DNA of 12,127 bases from Oscillospiraceae bacterium (lineage in GTDB: Bacteria; Bacillota; Clostridia; Oscillospirales; Ruminococcaceae): assembly GCA_022511485.1 (NCBI GenBank), contig JAFLUJ010000066.1, positions 1 through 12,127 on the forward strand, given 5' to 3'. A model generated the notes under the pieces. The model was not told the DNA's origin. It made no database searches and saw nothing but the letters and a program-made list of their open reading frames with translations. Position numbers and translations under genes: made by a program. Of the stretch, positions 6,180 to 12,127 are shown one piece after another. How positions within the stretch are numbered: the stretch's first letter is position 1; each line of letters opens with the position of its first letter.

Positions 6180-6208
6180 TTGACATCAGGGGAATAATAT
6201 ACTATAAT
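6180..6208 (+). promoter_or_regulatory. SigA-type promoter (exact consensus) of the CPBP protease gene
   Basis: TTGACA (6180-6185), a 17-nt spacer and TATAAT (6203-6208). The ORF-track ATG at 6210 lies just 2 nt after the -10 hexamer, at or before the predicted TSS (leaderless at best, and without an RBS), so it is unlikely to be the start. Confidence 0.7.
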
Positions 6209-6254
6209 AATGTTAATATTTGTGAATAAACCCTCAGAAATGAAAGGAATTAAT

Positions 6255-7307
6255 ATGGAACAAATTAATAATATAACCCAGGTATCAGTCGTTCCGGACA
6301 GCGAAGAACGCAGACAGATACGTAAGCAGTATAATCGCACTGCATTGATCATGTTAATAAATATCCTGTTTTTCAATGTGGTCGCATTGATCGTTTCACG
6401 CTTTATTTTTGCATATTACGGCGGAGGCTTTGAAAGAGAAGCGCTTATCAGGGGAAAAGAGATCTTTTATAAGAATGAGTTTGTCTCCACTTTATTTTCC
6501 TGTCTTATACCGATAGTTAGCGAGGTAACAGTTATAATATTTGGAACAAAGCTTCTTAATCTGAATCTTAAGTCTCTTGTTACACGTGACGGTTACAGCG
6601 GCGGGACGGTCATGAAGCTGATAACTCTCATTATAGGAACTCAGACTGCCGGTTCAATAATCATCGTTTTAATTGGCTTTGTTCTTGAAAAGTTCGGACT
6701 GTCAGGAGAAACTGTGGACATTTCAGCAACTACATCATTCGGTGCAAATGCTTTTCTGTGTTTCTATGTATGCCTGCTTGGACCGGTGCTTGAAGAGCTC
6801 TTATACCGTGGAGTTCTGCTCCAGTCTATGCGAAAATACAACGAAAGATTTGCTATATTCCTCTCCGCTGCTGTATTCGGACTTATGCATCAGAATTATC
6901 AGCAGTGTATACCGGCGTTTATTTCCGGTGTTGCTCTTGCTGTTGTTACGATAAAGTATAATTCTATTGTTCCTTCCATATTTGCCCATATTGTTGCCAA
7001 TACTTCAAATATGCTTTTTGGATATATGTTACAGTATGCTGATCCTGACTACTATACCGGAACTATTCCGGACACATTGCCTCAGGGGGGAGCGCTGGCA
7101 GTAGTTATTGTCAACGCCATTTTCCATTATGGATTTCTCATCGCCGCTCTCATTGTCGGGATAGTGGCTATTGTTAAGGGAAACAACATGACTGTGCCAA
7201 CTCCGGCGGGAAAAGCAAGAAGCAGGGTATTTTTCTCCTGCGTTCTCTGGTGGATAGTTCTGGCAGCATATGTGTACTTTTGCTTTATAGAGCCATTTAT
7301 GAAATAA
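6255..7307 (+). CDS. CPBP family intramembrane glutamic endopeptidase (CAAX protease / Abi family)
   Basis: All three signature motifs are present in the expected order within hydrophobic helices: EELLYRG (EExxxR), FGLMH (FxxxH) and HIVAN (HxxxN). I chose the start at ATG 6255 (MEQINN), 7 nt after AAAGGAA (6243-6249). Confidence 0.85.
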   Translation: MEQINNITQVSVVPDSEERRQIRKQYNRTALIMLINILFFNVVALIVSRFIFAYYGGGFEREALIRGKEIFYKNEFVSTLFSCLIPIVSEVTVIIFGTKLLNLNLKSLVTRDGYSGGTVMKLITLIIGTQTAGSIIIVLIGFVLEKFGLSGETVDISATTSFGANAFLCFYVCLLGPVLEELLYRGVLLQSMRKYNERFAIFLSAAVFGLMHQNYQQCIPAFISGVALAVVTIKYNSIVPSIFAHIVANTSNMLFGYMLQYADPDYYTGTIPDTLPQGGALAVVIVNAIFHYGFLIAALIVGIVAIVKGNNMTVPTPAGKARSRVFFSCVLWWIVLAAYVYFCFIEPFMK

Positions 7308-7393
7308 TGGGACTCATCCATACTATCTATGCCGCCCCCTTGATATGGGGGCTAAGCATACATAATGATTTGCTGTTGCTGACGGTGGGGGAG

Positions 7394-7430
7394 AATATGC
7401 CCGCGGGGGATTCCCCGCTTTGTGCATATT
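7394..7430 (+). terminator. Rho-independent terminator of the CPBP gene
   Basis: The inner stem GCGGGG/CCCCGC (7403-7408/7413-7418) is followed by TTTGT. The outer stem AATATGC/GCATATT spans 7394-7400/7424-7430, and T-rich sequence follows (7445-7470). A second hairpin without a T run precedes it at 7328-7360 (TATGC..GCCCCC-7nt-GGGGGC..GCATA). Confidence 0.7.
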
Positions 7431-7476
7431 GCTGTTAAAAGTTCCATTTTTTATCCCTTTTTTATTTTGTTGTCTA

Positions 7477-7506
7477 TTGACGAAAAAATATCAGTAATGC
7501 TATAAT
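7477..7506 (+). promoter_or_regulatory. SigA-type promoter with extended -10 for the MBOAT gene
   Basis: TTGACG (7477-7482), an 18-nt spacer ending in TGC, then TATAAT (7501-7506). A T-rich UP-like tract lies upstream. Confidence 0.65.
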
Positions 7507-7554
7507 TAAAGTATAATATAATTTAAAATTCTGGTAAGGGGCATAAGTGACAAA

Positions 7555-9150
7555 ATGATATTCGCCGATCTGTTTTTCTTATATTTGTTTCTGCCTGCGG
7601 TCATAGCAGCTTATGCCCTGGCAAGATGCGGGGATGCTTTCCTGAATTCTGTGCGCAGCAAGACAGGCTCCGGAAAGCTCATATCCGAAAGCCCAGTTAT
7701 AAACGTGGTCTTGATGATATATCTGCTGATCTTTTATCTCAGGGGGGAGTTTATTTACGCCTCCCTTATGCTGTTGCTTATATTATTGTGCTCCTTTGGT
7801 GCGGCGGATAACGAAAATCCCTTTTCAAACTCAGTTCTGATAATCTTTTCACTGATCTTTTATGCCTGGGGAGAGCCTTTTTATGTGGCGCTTATGCTTC
7901 TGAGCGTAGCAGTGAATTATATTATAGGTCTTCTTATAGATCGCGGAGGAAGAAAATCCAAGGCTGCTCTTGCTGTTGGTGTGACGCTTAATGCTGCAAT
8001 AATATGTGTATTCAAATATTCCGGATTTATTGCGGAAACATTAAATTCCCTTGGACTTGCAGTTCCTGTTCCGGATATAACTCCTCCCATAGGGATAAGC
8101 TTCTATACCTTCCAGTCCATATCATACCTTGCGGACGTCTACTACGGAAAGGTGTCGGGTCAGCGCAGCATGGCGGGGCTTCTTATGTACATTGCAATGT
8201 TTCCTCAGCTTATTGCAGGACCTATCGTCCGTTATACATCTATTTCGGAAGAGATCGAATCCCGAAGTATTTCCCTGAAGGATATTTCGGAAGGCTCATT
8301 CCGTTTCCTGATAGGACTTGGTAAAAAGGTTATTCTTGCCAATCAGCTTTCGGTGGTCTCATCCCGGTTTCTTGACGGGGATCTTGGCGCAGTCTCGGTA
8401 GCGGGAGCGTGGCTTGGAATAATCGCGTTCACTTTCCAGATATACTTTGACTTTTCCGGATATTCGGATATGGCGATCGGTCTGGGTCGGTGCTTCGGCT
8501 TCCACTTTGATGAAAACTTCAATTATCCTTATATAAGTCAGACGATAACGGATTTCTGGCGCAGATGGCACATTTCGATGGGATCATTTTTCAGGGACTA
8601 CGTTTATATCCCATTGGGAGGAAATCGTAAACATCAGCCTCTCAACCTGCTGATAGTGTGGTTTCTTACGGGTCTATGGCATGGCGCAAGCTGGAACTTT
8701 GTTCTGTGGGGGCTTTACTTCGGAGTGATAATCGTCATTGAAAAATACACTATTGTAAAGGTACAGAATAAGATACCAAGGGTACTGCTTCATATTTACA
8801 GTATTTTCCTCATTGTTTTTGGCTGGGTGATCTTCTATTTTGAGGATTTCGGCAGACTGGGACAATTTATCAAGGTGATCTTCGGGGCAGGAGGAAACAG
8901 GCTGTGGGATATTATTACCGGAAGCGAGCTTGCCGGAAATGCGTATCTGCTTGTTATCTCGCTGATATGCTGCTTTCCTCTGGCACACCTTGTCAAGGAC
9001 GGGTATAAGGAGTCCATGAAGAAAAAGAATGCCGTTTCCGCAGTGATACTGACAGCAGGAAAAACTGTTTGTGCTTTTGTAATACTGGCAGCGAGCACGC
9101 TTCTTCTTATAGGGAACACGAACAATCCATTTTTATATTACAGATTCTGA
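7555..9150 (+). CDS. MBOAT family O-acyltransferase (AlgI/DltB/PatA-like)
   Basis: Family hallmarks are present: N-terminal SLIFYAWGEPFY...NY, central FYTFQSISYLADVY, FWRRWHISMGSFFRDYVYIPLGGNR, and the catalytic-His segment LTGLWHGASWNFVLWG. The RBS is weak (AAGGGG, 13 nt upstream). No partner gene (DltACD, SGNH/DHHW type) is adjacent. Confidence 0.9.
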   Translation: MIFADLFFLYLFLPAVIAAYALARCGDAFLNSVRSKTGSGKLISESPVINVVLMIYLLIFYLRGEFIYASLMLLLILLCSFGAADNENPFSNSVLIIFSLIFYAWGEPFYVALMLLSVAVNYIIGLLIDRGGRKSKAALAVGVTLNAAIICVFKYSGFIAETLNSLGLAVPVPDITPPIGISFYTFQSISYLADVYYGKVSGQRSMAGLLMYIAMFPQLIAGPIVRYTSISEEIESRSISLKDISEGSFRFLIGLGKKVILANQLSVVSSRFLDGDLGAVSVAGAWLGIIAFTFQIYFDFSGYSDMAIGLGRCFGFHFDENFNYPYISQTITDFWRRWHISMGSFFRDYVYIPLGGNRKHQPLNLLIVWFLTGLWHGASWNFVLWGLYFGVIIVIEKYTIVKVQNKIPRVLLHIYSIFLIVFGWVIFYFEDFGRLGQFIKVIFGAGGNRLWDIITGSELAGNAYLLVISLICCFPLAHLVKDGYKESMKKKNAVSAVILTAGKTVCAFVILAASTLLLIGNTNNPFLYYRF

Positions 9151-9158
9151 AAAACACA

Positions 9159-9190
9159 ACAGCCGCACAGGGATTTTCCTGCGCGGCTGT
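9159..9190 (+). terminator. Probable terminator after the MBOAT gene (hairpin without a clean U tract)
   Basis: ACAGCCGCACAGG (9159-9171) pairs with CCTGCGCGGCTGT (9178-9190) with one A/C mismatch, around a 6-nt loop. The downstream sequence AATTATCTATT is only weakly T-rich. Confidence 0.5.
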
Positions 9191-9220
9191 AATTATCTAT
9201 TATGATTTACATTACCACAC

Positions 9221-9244
9221 AAACATTTCAATATTGTAATGTTT
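9221..9244. promoter_or_regulatory. 24-bp near-perfect palindrome upstream of the ABC transporter promoter (candidate regulator binding site)
   Basis: AAACATT-T-CAATATTG-T-AATGTTT is self-complementary at 11 of 12 pair positions (22 of 24 nt), with one T/T mismatch pair. It ends 15 nt upstream of the candidate -35. Confidence 0.4.
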
Positions 9245-9259
9245 TTTCACATTAAAAAC

Positions 9260-9288
9260 AGGACATAAAAAAATAACCGTAGTATAAT
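9260..9288 (+). promoter_or_regulatory. Candidate promoter of the ABC transporter operon (good -10, weak -35)
   Basis: AGGACA (9260-9265), a 17-nt spacer and TATAAT (9283-9288). The weak -35 fits activator dependence, which is typical of Bce-type operons. Confidence 0.4.
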
Positions 9289-9312
9289 CAAATTAAAACA
9301 GGAGGAATCAAA

Positions 9313-10077
9313 ATGGAATTACTAAGAATACAGCAAATCGAAAAATACTACGGAAATAAATCAAGCCTTACCAAAGCAATTGACGATATTTCCTTTACAG
9401 TGGACGAGGGAGAATTTGTTGCTATAATGGGAGCTTCCGGAAGCGGAAAGACTACCCTCCTCAACTGCATTTCCACAATTGACAGGGTAACATCGGGACA
9501 CATCTACCTTGAAAAAACGGATATTACCTCCCTGAAAGGAAAAGAGCTGAATCAGTTCCGCCGGGAAAAATTAGGCTTTATCTTTCAGGATTTCAGCCTG
9601 CTGGATACCCTCACCGCCTACGAAAACATTTCTCTCGCCCTGTCAATACAAAGACTTCCCGCCAAAAAGATCGACGAGGCAGTAAAGAGGGTAGCAAAGC
9701 AGCTTGATATTGAGGACGTCCTCCAGAAATATCCCTACCAGATGTCCGGAGGTCAAAAGCAGAGGGTTGCTTCCGCAAGAGCCATCGTCACCGGTCCGAA
9801 GATTATTCTCGCAGACGAGCCTACCGGAGCGCTGGATTCAAAGTCTGCCAAATTGCTTCTTGAACAGCTGAACCGTCTTAACCGTGACCATAACGCTACG
9901 ATAATGATGGTAACTCACGATTCATTTACCGCAAGCTATGCAGGACGTGTCCTGTTCATAAAGGACGGCAGGGTGTTCAATGAGATACGCAAGGGCTCGG
10001 ACAGCCGCAAGCAGTTTTTCAACAAGATCATTGATGTCGTTACTCTTTTAGGGGGTGATGTAAGCGATGCTCTTTAA
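9313..10077 (+). CDS. ABC transporter ATP-binding protein, MacB/BceA-like subfamily
   Basis: Walker A GASGSGKTTLLN, Q-loop FQDF, signature MSGGQKQRVASARA, Walker B ILADEPTGALD and H-loop MMVTHD. GGAGG (9301-9305) lies 7 nt upstream of the ATG. Confidence 0.93.
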   Translation: MELLRIQQIEKYYGNKSSLTKAIDDISFTVDEGEFVAIMGASGSGKTTLLNCISTIDRVTSGHIYLEKTDITSLKGKELNQFRREKLGFIFQDFSLLDTLTAYENISLALSIQRLPAKKIDEAVKRVAKQLDIEDVLQKYPYQMSGGQKQRVASARAIVTGPKIILADEPTGALDSKSAKLLLEQLNRLNRDHNATIMMVTHDSFTASYAGRVLFIKDGRVFNEIRKGSDSRKQFFNKIIDVVTLLGGDVSDAL

Positions 10078-12127
10078 AATTTCCGTCAACAATATAAGAA
10101 AAAGCCTCCGGGACTATGCCATTTATTTTTTTACACTGATAATCGGTGTCTCTATCTTCTATGTGTTCAATGCCATCAACACACAGACCGCCTTTCTTGC
10201 AGTATCACAAAATACCAGACAGCTCATGGAGCTTCTTAACACTCTGCTTTCTGGGGTAAGCGTCTTTGTCTCCATAGTGCTGGGACTTCTGATAGTCTTT
10301 GCCAGCCGCTTTCTTATGAAGAGGAGGAACAAGGAGTTCGCCCTGTACCTTATTCTTGGTATGGGTAAGGGAAAGATCTCCGCAATACTGCTTGTTGAGA
10401 CCCTTATCATCGGAACAGGCTCTCTTATCGCAGGACTTTTTGCCGGTATAGGAATTTCCCAGCTTATGAGCGCTCTGGTAGCAAATCTTTTTGAAGCGGA
10501 CATGACCGATTACAGATTTACCATCTCCGTGGAATCCATCATCAAGACCATAATTTATTTCGGGATAATGTATGTGGTGGTGATGATCTTCAACAGCATA
10601 ATGATAGGCAGATGCAAGCTTATCGACCTTATGCAGTCTGGAAAGAAGTCCGAAAAGATGAAGCTGAAAAATCCTCTGTTATGCACCGTGATTTTTATAA
10701 TTGCAGCCATCGGACTTGGCTATGCTTACTATCGTGTCGCATACAACAACGCCAGCATGAACAACAAGCTGATAATTTCAATGATAATCCTTGGTTCTGT
10801 GACCACCTTCCTGATCTTCTGGTCGGTGTCAGGACTTCTGCTGCATATCGTCACATCTGCAAAAAGAGTGTATTTCAGAAGCCTTAACTGCTTCACTTTC
10901 AGGCAGATAAGCAGCAAGATAAACACCACTGTCATGTCGGTAACCGTCATTAATCTGATGCTCTTTGTGACAATATGCACCCTGTCATCGGCGTTTTCTG
11001 TCAGAAATTCCATGAATGCCAATCTGAACGAGCTTTGTCCCGCAGACGCTATGTTTTATCTCCATATATACTCTGATACCGAGGTTTCCGACGATATTCC
11101 TGAAAATGTTATAGGCGCATATGAAAAATACGGTTTGGACGTGACCGAGTATTTTTCCGAATATGTCAGTCTGGACGTATATATTACAAAGGAGCTTACA
11201 TTTTCCAGCTTCTGCGGTGACAAACGTGATGAAATAGAAGGTCGTTTCCCCAATCTGATGTTTGACGGAATGGAGGATATTGTAAGGCTCAGCGATTACA
11301 ACAGGCTTATGGCTCTATACGGCAGAGATCAGCTTCAACTGGAAGACGATGAATTTATTCTGGTCTGTGACTTCCAGTCGATCAGGGATATACGTGACTA
11401 CATTCTCGCAGACGGCAGGGATATAACCATCTCAGGACATACTCTGAGACCAAAATACAGCGAATGTCAGGACGGATTTATTGAAATTTCCGCCCAGAAA
11501 ATGAACTTAGGAATATTTATCGTCCCCGACAGCACGGTAGACAGCATAGTTCCCCTCCGAAACTACTTTATCGGCAACTACGGTGTATCATCTAAAGAGG
11601 GCAAAGAAAACGCTGAACAAGACGTATTAAAAACACACTCCCGCTTTAAAAGTGAAAAATCCGCTGACGAATCAGGCTCCGAATTTTATCTGTCCCTGAA
11701 CACAAGGATAGACATTGCAGATGCAACCATAGGTCTGGGTGCAATGGCAGCGCTTCTGGGACTTTACATCGGAGTGGTCTTCCTCATTTCCTGCGGAGCA
11801 ATACTTGCATTAAAGGAGCTTTCCGAATGTGCGGACAGCGTCCAGAGATACGCCATACTCCGTAAGATCGGCACAGAGGAAAGGGACATTTCCCGCTCAC
11901 TTTTCCGTCAGATGGGGATATTCTTTCTGCTTCCCCTGCTGCTTGCCTGTGTACATTCAATATTCGGCATGAAATTCGCAATGCTTATCCTTGAAATATT
12001 CGGAACTGAAAAGCTGACGGAGTCCATCATTTTCACAGCAGTTATGGTTGCGATCATCTATGGAGGATATTTCCTGATCACATATTTCTGCGGAAAAAGT
12101 ATTATCAGAGACAAAGCTGAGCCTTGA
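10067..12127 (+). CDS. FtsX-like ABC permease, BceB-type (10-TM architecture with a large extracytoplasmic domain)
   Basis: The 686-aa protein has the two FtsX-like 4-helix modules (approx. aa 20-190 and 560-680) and extra helices. A ~230-aa hydrophilic domain (approx. aa 310-545) lies between them, as in BceB/VraG/PsdB permeases. The ATG at 10067 overlaps the ATPase stop by 11 nt and is preceded by GGGGGTGA. Stop TGA falls at the last base of the window. Confidence 0.88.
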   Translation: MLFKISVNNIRKSLRDYAIYFFTLIIGVSIFYVFNAINTQTAFLAVSQNTRQLMELLNTLLSGVSVFVSIVLGLLIVFASRFLMKRRNKEFALYLILGMGKGKISAILLVETLIIGTGSLIAGLFAGIGISQLMSALVANLFEADMTDYRFTISVESIIKTIIYFGIMYVVVMIFNSIMIGRCKLIDLMQSGKKSEKMKLKNPLLCTVIFIIAAIGLGYAYYRVAYNNASMNNKLIISMIILGSVTTFLIFWSVSGLLLHIVTSAKRVYFRSLNCFTFRQISSKINTTVMSVTVINLMLFVTICTLSSAFSVRNSMNANLNELCPADAMFYLHIYSDTEVSDDIPENVIGAYEKYGLDVTEYFSEYVSLDVYITKELTFSSFCGDKRDEIEGRFPNLMFDGMEDIVRLSDYNRLMALYGRDQLQLEDDEFILVCDFQSIRDIRDYILADGRDITISGHTLRPKYSECQDGFIEISAQKMNLGIFIVPDSTVDSIVPLRNYFIGNYGVSSKEGKENAEQDVLKTHSRFKSEKSADESGSEFYLSLNTRIDIADATIGLGAMAALLGLYIGVVFLISCGAILALKELSECADSVQRYAILRKIGTEERDISRSLFRQMGIFFLLPLLLACVHSIFGMKFAMLILEIFGTEKLTESIIFTAVMVAIIYGGYFLITYFCGKSIIRDKAEP

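Noticed and set aside
6152-6376. 74-aa minus-strand ORF across the CPBP promoter and start region
   Set aside because: It overlaps the consensus promoter and the 5' end of a well-supported gene on the other strand. It is AT-rich, has no RBS and no recognisable motif.
1-12127. Search for CRISPR repeats, defence-system genes (nucleases, helicases, RT, TIR, STAND NTPases), toxin-antitoxin pairs, integrases, transposases and rRNA/tRNA genes
   Set aside because: None of the long ORFs carries such motifs. No spaced direct repeats were seen. All large ORFs are accounted for by transport or envelope functions. The only unexplained content is the 3465-4143 gap reported above.

Overview
This window looks like a chromosomal segment from a low-to-mid GC Firmicute, probably Clostridia-like (AGGAGG-type RBSs, TTGACA-17-TATAAT promoters, a cell-wall-binding-repeat protein). 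I support nine protein genes. They are a 5'-truncated Fn3/cell-wall-binding-repeat surface protein, feoA-feoB ferrous iron uptake (ATGA-coupled), a 78-aa small membrane protein (minus), a Na/Pi cotransporter with a PhoU-like tail (minus), a CPBP/CAAX-type intramembrane protease, an MBOAT O-acyltransferase, and a BceAB-type ABC ATPase plus FtsX-like permease pair. I see no rRNA, tRNA, CRISPR, transposase, integrase or recognisable defence genes. Two signals are not explained by ordinary annotation, and both lie in the ~680-nt gap between feoB and the Na/Pi gene. (1) In a 188-nt stretch (3958-4145), 158 nt form 79 perfect Watson-Crick pairs. These are arranged as six back-to-back hairpins in two tandem four-way junctions, abutting the transporter stop codon. 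(2) The small membrane protein has an exact-consensus promoter bracketed by two Firmicute LexA (Cheo, GAAC-N4-GTTC) boxes plus degenerate extra sites, so I predict it is SOS-induced. All functional calls rest on motif recognition by eye; no searches or folding programs were run.
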